Source: a virus
Lineage: Duplodnaviria; Caudoviricetes
IMG/VR virus record: IMGVR_UViG_3300020045_011216
Location: 1 to 51,182 of that record
Reading direction: 5' to 3' (one strand)
DNA: 51,182 bases
Part shown: in pieces, positions 10,260-18,520 of the stretch
How positions within the stretch are numbered: the stretch's first letter is position 1
How the letters are laid out: the number at the start of each line of letters is the position of its first letter
The notes under the pieces: model-generated
The model's input: the letters and a program-made list of their open reading frames with translations, nothing else
What the model was told of the DNA's origin: nothing
Database searches by the model: none
Position numbers and translations under genes: made by a program

Positions 10260-10658
10260 CTAATTCTCTCCGAATATGCCAACCACACCCTTAACCGATA
10301 ACTTCCCATCCTTGTCTTTGTGAATCGTAGGTTTAACCTTCTTAACTACGTTCTCATAGAACTCGATCATTTCCTTCTCTTGCAAGTCTTCTTCTGATAC
10401 TTCGATTCCCATGAGGAGATCGACGTACTGAGTGAATACTTTCTTTGATTGTTCGTTCCAACTTCTTCGTGTAGCTTGATCTGAGATCGTTGGTGCGCCC
10501 ATGACAAGAAGAAGCATCATCTGGTGCCTCTTTGCTTCAATCTTGGACTCATGAAGCATGTATTGCCTGAATATTTTGTCCCGCATGCTTCCTAGTGCCG
10601 GGACTTCTATCCCTTGAAGAAACAGCTTAGTTCGCTGCTTCGCCCAAGGGTGTGTTAA
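10260..10658 (-). CDS. Tail assembly chaperone, -1 frame extension (gpT-like part of a gpGT fusion)
   Basis: The frame of ORF 10260..10586 is open up to the slippery site at 10658 (LTHPWAKQRTKLFLQGIEVPALGS-MRDK...). Confidence 0.75.
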   Translation of the reverse strand, partial: LTHPWAKQRTKLFLQGIEVPALGSMRDKIFRQYMLHESKIEAKRHQMMLLLVMGAPTISDQATRRSWNEQSKKVFTQYVDLLMGIEVSEEDLQEKEMIEFYENVVKKVKPTIHKDKDGKLSVKGVVGIFGEN

Positions 10659-11251
10659 AAATTTTGCTCACCTACGCGGCACGCCATGCCAATCTTATGG
10701 TCAAATTTAGCGAGAGTAATAAGTAAAGCGCCGATGATAGGACCAGGAAGAGCTTGAACGAAGCTCTCTTTCTCAGAAACACGTAGTGTACTCAAGTCCT
10801 TGCCATTATATGAAACAAGTGCGCGTTCAAGGTGCTTGAATGAGCGAAGATTTTCTACTGTAGAGATTAGGCTTGCACCAAGCGAATCCAAGCTCTTATC
10901 AATGTCTTGAACCTCTTTAGCCGTACGGGTACGGAAAGTCACTTCCATACGGCCACGGATCGAGAACGTTTCTGAGTATTCGTTTGAGAACAGGATTTCG
11001 TCGAAGACGCGTAGGAGTTCTTCTTCGGGATATTCCGGGGCGGAAGAGCTTTGTTCGGTTGAAGAAGACGTTTCAGTCTTCTCTTTAGTTTCTGGAAAAA
11101 TCTCACCTTCTAGGTCGTTAGAAAAGTCTTCAATGGGTTGTGAACGTGGGCGCCCAACAGGACGAGCTGGGCCATGCGTAGCGCCAGGGCTCTTTTTAGG
11201 TAGGGACTTGCCACGGGGGAATTCGAAGTCTGAAGCGGAGTTTGATGACAT
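10655..11251 (-). CDS. Tail assembly chaperone (gpG-like)
   Basis: 198 aa upstream of tape measure, ending in a slippery site. Confidence 0.75.
   Translation of the reverse strand: MSSNSASDFEFPRGKSLPKKSPGATHGPARPVGRPRSQPIEDFSNDLEGEIFPETKEKTETSSSTEQSSSAPEYPEEELLRVFDEILFSNEYSETFSIRGRMEVTFRTRTAKEVQDIDKSLDSLGASLISTVENLRSFKHLERALVSYNGKDLSTLRVSEKESFVQALPGPIIGALLITLAKFDHKIGMACRVGEQNF
10658..10664 (-). other. Programmed -1 frameshift heptamer A AAT TTT
   Basis: CAA AAT TTT TAA at the end of 10655..11251; XXXYYYZ pattern; the -1 frame joins the downstream ORF. Confidence 0.8.
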
Positions 11252-11290
11252 AGTGTCCTATTCTAAGCGAATTTCAGAGACCTGTCAAGG

Positions 11291-11317
11291 AAAAGAAAAG
11301 CCACCCGAAGGCGGCTT
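11291..11317 (-). terminator. Intrinsic terminator after the SGNH protein
   Basis: AAGCC-acccgaaggc-GGCTT stem with an A-tract on its left. Confidence 0.65.
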
Positions 11318-11345
11318 GAAGTTATAATACTCACCTGCAGTGAGA

Positions 11346-12989
11346 TCAAATCAACGCAGTCGGTAGCAGCGGCAGCACGACCGGCAATCCTGGTGACGCC
11401 ATGTCCGTGTGGCCCACTTCGTTCGGGTGCGTGCCGTCGGTGGTCTTGGAAGCAACGAAGCGCGCCGGGGTTGCGCCATCGCTCAACACGGCGTCGAAAT
11501 CGATCACCGGCACGCCGGCTTTCTTGGCTTCCAGGATCTGCGCTTTGAGCGCCAGCCGGAACCCGTCTGCGGTTGCATCCCATGCCGCAGCGGTATTCGG
11601 GCACGGCGTCGTGAGCACGAGAATTTTGCTACCGACAGGCCGCGGCGACGGAATCAGCGTCACGGTCGGCGCAACGGTGTAGGTGATCGTCACCGCGTCC
11701 CCGTCAACGACGGCCACCGCTCCTGCAGTCGGCATTGCAACCGTTACCCCTGCACGCGCGGCAGAAACGGCAGAAACAGTACCTCCGACAATCATCAGAG
11801 TACCGGGGGCGCGGACGTTGTAGGTATATGGGCTGGCGCCAGGAGTAATTGGCAGCGGCTTGAGTTGGGGGTACGTCCCATTGACGACCATTTCGGCCAT
11901 TTGCTGCCAGTACTTGTGCTGCGCTAATACTGTCGACGAATTTGGTGGCCCGTCGTTCGGTGAAAACGGTGAATATATCATGATATCAAAGTGCGTGCCG
12001 TCGAGTATGAAGCGTTCAGCTCGTAGTGGGAACGACACTGCATTCTGTGAGGTGAACGCCAGTAGGCACAATTCGATTGGCAGGTCCGGCCGCGCAGCAC
12101 GCAGCAGGTTGGCCAGCTTCCAGGCCCACCCGTTGCCGTAATTACCAGAGCCCCCATTCACCGATCCATCAGCAATCGAATCACCTGGAACCGCAATCGT
12201 CACTCCAGGAGACACTCCTTGATATTCAAACCGATTAAAAAATGAGCCGGTCCCGGATAAATCTGTCGTATAAACGAAATTCGCCGGCACTGTTATTCCG
12301 TCGCCCGTATATCGGTACGAAGTAAAAATACGCCCGCCGTGAATATCAGTGTTTGCAATCAGATTGAACGCAGAGGTATTATAACCAGTGAGGTTGTAGC
12401 CAACACCGCTGGTGATAGTTGCTCGCATCATTACAACCGGCAACGTCCCGCCATCGGCTCGCGGGATCGTTGCGATGTCGATCCAGTCGGATGCAATCCA
12501 CGACGGCTGTTTATTGCCGGCAGATGTGTCGATCGCGGGCGGAATTGTTGCTGACGCCGCACCGCCGAACGTCACGGCCACCCACGCATTTGTGCTTGGG
12601 GTATAGCGGGCTGCACCAGTTCCGCCAACAGTTGGATCAGTGCCGACAGCGTTTGACACAGAAATTGCAACAGCCGCAACCGTCACCGCAGCGGCAGCCA
12701 TGTTCGGCAGCCAGATACGAAATCGCCTGGCATGTTGCTCCACCGTTGTCGTAGTGTGGTAGGTGAACGTCGACCCTGCGCCGCCGTAGTTCGCAACCGA
12801 CCCCATAAGGCCTCTCGTCATGATATTCGTCGCTCTGGTTGCCGCGCTCCCTCCTGACACTTGAGATAGAGAAACGCTTCCGCCCGATGCAGTCGCAATC
12901 CCAGTCGGTACCCCATTCTCATCCACCGTAATATTAGCATGCAACGGGGCTGTTACAACATAACCCTGAGCGTTTGGATCGTAAGCCAT
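11346..12989 (-). CDS. Virion-associated SGNH/GDSL esterase-domain protein with MAYDP N-terminal module
   Basis: 'GDSIADG' and 'DGTHPN' SGNH blocks; N-terminus shared with 35327..37111, 39749..40939 and 42650..43087. Confidence 0.75.
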   Translation of the reverse strand: MAYDPNAQGYVVTAPLHANITVDENGVPTGIATASGGSVSLSQVSGGSAATRATNIMTRGLMGSVANYGGAGSTFTYHTTTTVEQHARRFRIWLPNMAAAAVTVAAVAISVSNAVGTDPTVGGTGAARYTPSTNAWVAVTFGGAASATIPPAIDTSAGNKQPSWIASDWIDIATIPRADGGTLPVVMMRATITSGVGYNLTGYNTSAFNLIANTDIHGGRIFTSYRYTGDGITVPANFVYTTDLSGTGSFFNRFEYQGVSPGVTIAVPGDSIADGSVNGGSGNYGNGWAWKLANLLRAARPDLPIELCLLAFTSQNAVSFPLRAERFILDGTHFDIMIYSPFSPNDGPPNSSTVLAQHKYWQQMAEMVVNGTYPQLKPLPITPGASPYTYNVRAPGTLMIVGGTVSAVSAARAGVTVAMPTAGAVAVVDGDAVTITYTVAPTVTLIPSPRPVGSKILVLTTPCPNTAAAWDATADGFRLALKAQILEAKKAGVPVIDFDAVLSDGATPARFVASKTTDGTHPNEVGHTDMASPGLPVVLPLLPTALI

Positions 12990-13010
12990 TTAGAATTCTA
13001 GTCCTTTAAA
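12973..13010. repeat. 38-bp direct repeat, copy 1 (leader and first codons of MAYDP genes)
   Basis: TTTGGATCGTAAGCCATTTAGAATTCTAGTCCTTTAAA identical to 37095-37132. Confidence 0.9.
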
Positions 13011-13019
13011 AGATAAACA

Positions 13020-13030
13020 TATTTTAAACC
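13020..13030 (-). promoter_or_regulatory. Putative late promoter motif YTAAAAT(A/C), representative copy
   Basis: Same motif a short distance upstream of minus-strand starts at about 13020, 22217, 28001, 37140, 38325, 40965, 46102, 49823 and 50717. Confidence 0.6.
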
Positions 13031-13035
13031 TGGAT

Positions 13036-14634
13036 TCACCCAAAGGTGAATGCGTTGTCAACAACCGCGTCCTTCTCTTGGTAAACGAATTCACCCCTTA
13101 GAATCATCCCCGCCAGATTAGCGAAGACTAAAGAATGGAGGAAGTCATCAGGACTATCCTCATCTTTTCTATAAACCCGTCTGCCAGAATTAGTCTCTTC
13201 TTCGTACACGTGTAGCGCGTCCTCCCAGAAGCTATGCATCACATCCCAGCACGGGGATTCAATCTTGGCCGGACCCATCTTTATCAAAATCACAGGCGTG
13301 TCGATAGCCAATGTTCTATCTGCAGCGAAGTAGTTACCGTCCTTGTCGAATCTCAGATTAGTCTTGGCTGCAACATAGTTAATCATGGATACCTTGTCGT
13401 CACCTAAGGTACTTTTCATCATCTGACCTTGAAGCACACCTACGCCACGGTCAGAAGCCAAGTGACTGCAGGCAAACTGGTCGTATGTGCGAATAACAAT
13501 ACCGACCTGTTCAATGATGTCAATACCCTCTAGCTTCTGGGCATGAAGAATATACATTTTCCCCAGTGAATCAAAGCCAATCACAGTGACTACCGTATAG
13601 CTCTTCGTGGATCCAGTCACAGACCAGTCTACGCCTAAAACTGTGTATAGGATGTTTCTCTCATCCCTCGGGAATCCGATATCAAAACCCTTTCTGGCGG
13701 GGTTGCAGCAACCCATGACTTGTTTGAGGGAAAGAGGTCTACCACCTGCCCCAACAGGGAGTCCGAACACTTCGTTTGAAAGCTTGACTTTCGTGTACTT
13801 ATTAAGCTTATCGACCAGCTCTTTCCACTTCTTAGGATTCGTTCGGGCAGGAATAATGATCTGAGGGATGTGCATCCCGATGTGATTCTTGATACTAGGC
13901 TTGGCTGCAATCCAACGACCCTTCTTCATGTCCAGCAAATTACCGCAGTGCATACACCCAGGACCGTCAGGGTTCATCGTAGACATCTTCATGCAATTGT
14001 CAAAGTCGTTTGGAATGGAATGCTTGCCACACGAATCGCACTTGACAACCCATTCCAAGCCATTCGAACGCTTAAACAAAACCGTGAGCGTATTAGAGTC
14101 ACTTTTAGCCGTCCCAGTGAACCGTCTGAATGCGTGCTCTGACGCAGAGAGGGTTTCCTCTAGGATAGGTACAGCTTCTAGAGATACGTCTTGAACTTCG
14201 TCGATGAGAAGCATATCCCCTGCTACGCCTCGAATTCTGTCAGCGTCCTGCTCAGTCTCACAATACCCAAGGGTAATGCTTGAACCATTATTGAGGGTTC
14301 GTGAGAACACGTTCTTGACTGAGCTGCTGTCAATGAAATGGTTCTTGACCAAAGGAGAGTTCAGGAAGGGCGCAAGGTACTGAGTTGAGAATCGTGAAGT
14401 TTGCTGAGATAATGGGGAGACCATGAGCGTTGAGAAGAATGGCCTCAGGATAGAGTTCGAGGTCATCGAGGCGCCTAGGGACACGCTCTTTCCTACCTGT
14501 CTTCCTGCGCAAAGCGTAAGCGTGTCAGGGGCTGCGTCATAGACTAGCTCGAAGGGTTTGTAGTCTGAGAGGTTGAGAGGCTTACCTTTGAGTTGAAGGA
14601 TTGCCTGGGCTAGCTTGGATGGTTGGATTTCCAT
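13036..14634 (-). CDS. Terminase large subunit (GpA-like)
   Basis: Walker A 'AGRQVGKS', Walker B 'LLIDEVQD', CxxC...CxxC zinc ribbon, nuclease 'LGVDWS' and 'PDDFLHS'. Confidence 0.9.
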   Translation of the reverse strand: MEIQPSKLAQAILQLKGKPLNLSDYKPFELVYDAAPDTLTLCAGRQVGKSVSLGASMTSNSILRPFFSTLMVSPLSQQTSRFSTQYLAPFLNSPLVKNHFIDSSSVKNVFSRTLNNGSSITLGYCETEQDADRIRGVAGDMLLIDEVQDVSLEAVPILEETLSASEHAFRRFTGTAKSDSNTLTVLFKRSNGLEWVVKCDSCGKHSIPNDFDNCMKMSTMNPDGPGCMHCGNLLDMKKGRWIAAKPSIKNHIGMHIPQIIIPARTNPKKWKELVDKLNKYTKVKLSNEVFGLPVGAGGRPLSLKQVMGCCNPARKGFDIGFPRDERNILYTVLGVDWSVTGSTKSYTVVTVIGFDSLGKMYILHAQKLEGIDIIEQVGIVIRTYDQFACSHLASDRGVGVLQGQMMKSTLGDDKVSMINYVAAKTNLRFDKDGNYFAADRTLAIDTPVILIKMGPAKIESPCWDVMHSFWEDALHVYEEETNSGRRVYRKDEDSPDDFLHSLVFANLAGMILRGEFVYQEKDAVVDNAFTFG

Positions 14635-14680
14635 ATGTAGTCTTAGTTTAGGTTTGAAGATTCAATAATTTGAAAAGCCC

Positions 14681-14698
14681 TGGTATAAGAATAGTACA
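14681..14698 (+). promoter_or_regulatory. Conserved early/middle promoter motif, copy 1
   Basis: TGGTATAAGAATAGTACA; extended -10-like; four copies, each heading a plus-strand block. Confidence 0.8.
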
Positions 14699-14774
14699 CA
14701 CAAGATATACGTATATTTTGGTGTGGGTTAGAAATCCGTCTAACTCTTTTTTCATTTCTTAGAAAGCTTTCAAA

Positions 14775-14987
14775 ATGGCAATTACCCAAACCATCTTCGT
14801 CGTCACCGCTATCGACCAAACCTATGGCCCTATCCCTGGCGAATGGCACGCTGCTCAGCTCGTTTCGAACTATGGCGTTTCTATTCCCGGCCTGTCTGGC
14901 TATGCGTCAACTGAGACGATTGCTACCGGTGTCGACGGTGATACCCTTACGGTGACGTTCTCGCCGCGTACGGGCAATAAGGGTTAA
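14775..14987 (+). CDS. Ubiquitin-like protein (PRTRC protein C-like)
   Basis: 70 aa ending 'TVTFSPRTGNKG' (C-terminal Gly, GxKG); first gene of an operon with E2, JAB and E1. Confidence 0.75.
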   Translation: MAITQTIFVVTAIDQTYGPIPGEWHAAQLVSNYGVSIPGLSGYASTETIATGVDGDTLTVTFSPRTGNKG

Positions 14988-14991
14988 TGGT

Positions 14992-15049
14992 AGAGGCTCA
15001 AGTTGAGCCTCTTTCCTAAAACTGAAAAGCAGAGTTATCTGCTTTTTTT
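14992..15049 (+). terminator. Two hairpins after the Ubl gene (attenuator/terminator)
   Basis: AGAGGCTCAA-g-TTGAGCCTCT, then AAAAGCAGA-gtta-TCTGCTTTT plus T-run. Confidence 0.7.
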
Positions 15050-15071
15050 AGTCTTTTAACAGGATATTACA

Positions 15072-15848
15072 ATGCAAGAAGTAGGGCTAAACAAAGCGGA
15101 AGTATCTACGCTCACCCGTATTAATAAAGAAGAACTTTCACAAAAACTGTTCGAACAAGAAGCACTTGCAGTGAGTAGACTCCTTCTTCGAAAGTATCCA
15201 GAAGCACCTCCGAAAATAAAGAACTTTCTATCTATAGCTGACAGTGGTGCGACATTACCTCCATCGTTTATATCCCCGCGAAAGTTCGGAAGTACGAAGG
15301 AGTCTTTGCTCGGAGCTGCGTTCTGCCTTGAAATTCTCAGGGCTTTGAAAAGCGACCAGTTCGAAGTAGAAGACTTTGAATGTAAATCAGAAATGGAAAA
15401 TTCCCTATCTGTAAAATTCAAAGCAAAAACAAAGTACTTGCATAGCTCACACGGTAGACTGTCCGTGTTTGCAAGATATATTCGAAGGCTGAATGCGGAG
15501 TGTTTGCGCAGAAATATTCCAATTGTCATAAGTCTTACCGAGAGCGAGTCAAGCAAGAGAAGTACTCCTACAGTAGAAGGGTTCCCTGTAATTGAGAACT
15601 CTGAACTGCTTACATCTTGCCTGCTGATGATATCTCTTTCAGAAATTGTCGGTGACATTGACAACTCAGTGTCTGTGTATCAATGCTTATCCCGAAATAG
15701 CTTAGGTATTCTTAGAGAAGATTCTGGCTTGTACAGAGCCAGTATTTCACCCAGATCTTATATAAGAAAAGCTTTTCACTCAAAACATATATTTCACGTA
15801 AGCGCTATAAGTCAAATTATCAAATCCTTAAAGAGGATCGCTTCATGA
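15072..15848 (+). CDS. Hypothetical protein in the Ubl operon
   Basis: 258 aa, AGGA RBS, ATGA overlap with the next gene. Confidence 0.65.
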   Translation: MQEVGLNKAEVSTLTRINKEELSQKLFEQEALAVSRLLLRKYPEAPPKIKNFLSIADSGATLPPSFISPRKFGSTKESLLGAAFCLEILRALKSDQFEVEDFECKSEMENSLSVKFKAKTKYLHSSHGRLSVFARYIRRLNAECLRRNIPIVISLTESESSKRSTPTVEGFPVIENSELLTSCLLMISLSEIVGDIDNSVSVYQCLSRNSLGILREDSGLYRASISPRSYIRKAFHSKHIFHVSAISQIIKSLKRIAS

Positions 15849-16159
15849 TCGACATATTTCAAACTCTTCTAGAAGTTCCTCCTATACAGATAAAAGTTAT
15901 TCCAAAAAACCTTTTAGATGCAATGTATATGAAGTCAGACCCCATTTCAGAGGTTGATGACCTCAGCGTGAATTCTGAGTTTTTAAAAACTATCACAGTA
16001 TTAGAGCTTGCAAAGGATGTCTTAGACAATCCTATTTTCTCTGACGTATTTGCAGTGGATAACGACCTCACAAGACTTTACTTGCAAAGCTTGGAAGCCT
16101 CTTTAGGGGAAAAACCTGCATTCAAACCGGAACTCTCAGACGACTTTTTCTTTATTTAA
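15845..16159 (+). CDS. Acidic hypothetical protein in the Ubl operon
   Basis: 104 aa, translationally coupled. Confidence 0.65.
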   Translation: MIDIFQTLLEVPPIQIKVIPKNLLDAMYMKSDPISEVDDLSVNSEFLKTITVLELAKDVLDNPIFSDVFAVDNDLTRLYLQSLEASLGEKPAFKPELSDDFFFI

Positions 16160-16170
16160 CTGGACTAAAA

Positions 16171-16992
16171 ATGGAAATTCTAATCGAGCCTACTAACGAA
16201 GAGATTCAACCGAACCTAGTCTTGAAAGAGTCGGGATTAATTCCTCCTGGGGATAAGGAGAGTAACGTTCAAGCAGTATCTCTCGATATTCTACAAGAAT
16301 GCGTTCGTCTTAATTTCAATAACGGATTCTCGAAGCTCGTATCCTTCGAAAACCTTATTGATACATTATCTGAGGCGATCGGGAAAGACAAGAAATCTGT
16401 CAATCTAGAATCATTATCTCTTCCGAAGGGTGTATTCTTCATGGAGTCCAATAGCTCCTCCATGAACCTTGCATGCTTTTACGAAGGTGGCGTACGAGAT
16501 GTAAACTTCAACGGTCAAGTTCTAAAACGAATCGTACCGAACGTTATCCTGTATTTCAAACTCTTTAAGGGTAAAGCCGAAGGAGAGTGGATCCATTCAT
16601 CGACGACATACTTCTGTACCGACTCAAGTCTTACTGATGTACCTCGTGAATTCATCAACAAGGTCAGCTCTTCAAATCGCATCTTCCTTCTTCCTTTCCC
16701 GAATATGTACGCTGAAGGTGCGATGTGCACAGGCCAGAACCAGCTACCCAAAAACTTCGTGAAGGGTGATCTCCGTCCGCTCCAGTGGCACTTTGATATG
16801 GTCTGGACCTCTCCGTTCAATTACGACTTAGGTATCCGCGCACTTAGAGAAAATAGTAAGTTTGCAGACGGCCATCGCGGCATCGAGCAATGGTTCGTAC
16901 ATCTTGCAGAAATTGCTAAAACAGAAGACCCGCAGTTTCCATTTAAGGAACTTCGCGGGTGGATAGCTAAAGTAACCCCTAAAACTCTCTAA
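16171..16992 (+). CDS. Prokaryotic E2 family D conjugating enzyme-like (PRTRC protein B-like)
   Basis: 'LPFPNMYAEGAMCTG...VWTSPFNYDL' matches the PfxNvxxxGxvCxG...fwxSxFn pattern with the catalytic Cys. Confidence 0.8.
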   Translation: MEILIEPTNEEIQPNLVLKESGLIPPGDKESNVQAVSLDILQECVRLNFNNGFSKLVSFENLIDTLSEAIGKDKKSVNLESLSLPKGVFFMESNSSSMNLACFYEGGVRDVNFNGQVLKRIVPNVILYFKLFKGKAEGEWIHSSTTYFCTDSSLTDVPREFINKVSSSNRIFLLPFPNMYAEGAMCTGQNQLPKNFVKGDLRPLQWHFDMVWTSPFNYDLGIRALRENSKFADGHRGIEQWFVHLAEIAKTEDPQFPFKELRGWIAKVTPKTL

Positions 16993-17008
16993 CTCCTGAG
17001 AAATTATC

Positions 17009-18151
17009 ATGACTTTCAAAGTTATCGCCCCGTTTGTCAGCTGTGTTGTTAATGAAATGTTCGACACTCCGAAGGATACTCTTTCAGAGTTTGACGAAGC
17101 CGTCAACGCAGGCTATCCTAACATCTACATGCTGACTTCAAACGGCATCATTCACCACCGATCATTCCGACCTGGAAAAGAAGGTAAACCACGATTCATT
17201 CGCATACCCGTTAAGGAGATCCCCGGTTTGAAGCTTAAAAACGTGGCGGCCAAGGTCAGCTTCTTGCCCGAAGGAAAGATCCCTGTTCGACTTCTCACTG
17301 AAATCAAAGCTTTCTTCAAGAAAGTCATTGAGAAGCGTGGAACGGCAGTAGAAGCAATGATTTGGATTCTATGGGACGAATCAAAGGGGTATCATCTCTT
17401 CGTCCCTAATCAGATCGTTTCTCACGCCTCTGCTCGCTATGACTGGAGCACTGTCCCTCTTGGCTCAAGCATCATCGTAGACATTCACTCTCACGCAGAC
17501 TTCAGCGCCTTCTTCAGTGGCACTGACAATGCAGATGACAAGGGGTCTGTCAGGTATAGTGGTGTCATTGGCCACAACAATACTGACAACCAGGACATGG
17601 TCTGGCGGTTTAACCACCCTGGCGGCACCATTGAAGCAAAGTTGGAAGACTTGTTTGAAACTCCTGTTGCTCAGCAACCCGAAGTTCCAGACTCTTGGCT
17701 TGATCGAGTACAAGCTCCGCCGCCTCAGGTGGCAGGGGCGGGAGTAGGAGCAGGAAAAGGCTCTCATTACGCAAGGTATATGAAAGGTCGGTACGTCGAT
17801 CCCGATGAAGGTTCTTCACAGGGTGCACCCGGATATCAGTCAGAGTTCTTCAATAAGCCTAAAGGTGGAGGGAATGAGAAGGGCTTACACTCTCCGTTCT
17901 CGGATGACTCAGTAGAGCGGGGACAGTTTGGCAAGATTGACAGAGGTCCCTGGTCGAAAACTTCGTCGCATAAAGGGATGAACTATAACCCTAGAACGCC
18001 GAGCCCTGCTGACCGTGGTCTTGGCATTGTTGTGTTTGGCGATGATGGTCTTCCTGATTCAGAAAACGATGCATTTGAGCAGGAAGGGGCGCTGAAAAAA
18101 AAAGCGCGCCGGGGTCGGAAGACCCTGGTAGCTGGGCGAACGAATGGCTGA
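17009..18151 (+). CDS. JAB/MPN metallo-isopeptidase (PRTRC protein A-like) with a long disordered tail
   Basis: 'VEAM' Glu and 'DIHSHADFSAFFSGTDNADD' JAMM HxH-x7-S-x2-D motif. Confidence 0.88.
   Translation: MTFKVIAPFVSCVVNEMFDTPKDTLSEFDEAVNAGYPNIYMLTSNGIIHHRSFRPGKEGKPRFIRIPVKEIPGLKLKNVAAKVSFLPEGKIPVRLLTEIKAFFKKVIEKRGTAVEAMIWILWDESKGYHLFVPNQIVSHASARYDWSTVPLGSSIIVDIHSHADFSAFFSGTDNADDKGSVRYSGVIGHNNTDNQDMVWRFNHPGGTIEAKLEDLFETPVAQQPEVPDSWLDRVQAPPPQVAGAGVGAGKGSHYARYMKGRYVDPDEGSSQGAPGYQSEFFNKPKGGGNEKGLHSPFSDDSVERGQFGKIDRGPWSKTSSHKGMNYNPRTPSPADRGLGIVVFGDDGLPDSENDAFEQEGALKKKARRGRKTLVAGRTNG
18081..18128 (+). other. Putative -1 frameshift cassette: SD-like AGGAAGGGG, A9 run, GNRA stem-loop
   Basis: CTG AAA AAA AAA GCG, 5-nt spacer, then CCGGGGTC-GGAA-GACCCTGG; the -1 frame is open from 18079 to 18471. 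Confidence 0.65.
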
Positions 18152-18207
18152 CTGCTGCATTTGAAGAAAAGCAAAGCGATGCGGAAAAGCTGAACGAAGC
18201 CTACACA

Positions 18208-18471
18208 ATGATGGAAGAGCCCTTCTCAGAAAAGGGTTTGTCCGGAACATTCAATGACGACGTTCTGGACTACGGCCCAGATGTTGCGTTCGCTGCTCAA
18301 GACATTGAAATGACGATTGATCAGTTGAAGGGCTCAGACGATATTCTTGAAAGGATTATTTCTAAGTCTTTTGACATGATGGATCAAGAAGAACGCTTCG
18401 ATGTATTCATCGAAATGTATCAAATGCTTTCTCGAAAGCAGCAAGACCAAATCGCTACAAACGGTTTCTAA
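18208..18471 (+). CDS. Acidic helical domain, probably the C-terminus of a frameshifted long JAB isoform
   Basis: No clear RBS; the frame is open back through the A9 run. Confidence 0.6.
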   Translation: MMEEPFSEKGLSGTFNDDVLDYGPDVAFAAQDIEMTIDQLKGSDDILERIISKSFDMMDQEERFDVFIEMYQMLSRKQQDQIATNGF

Positions 18472-18520
18472 ACACAGGAGATGCGGCGGGGCTGCGTCCC
18501 CGCTAAATCTAGGATTAAAC

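Noticed and set aside
15056-15664. 202-aa minus-strand ORF
   Set aside because: Antisense shadow of 15072..15848, which has an RBS and operon coupling
18401-18520. N-terminal extension of the E1/ThiF ORF
   Set aside because: Overlaps the upstream ORF and a GC hairpin; the AGGA RBS supports the start at 18521
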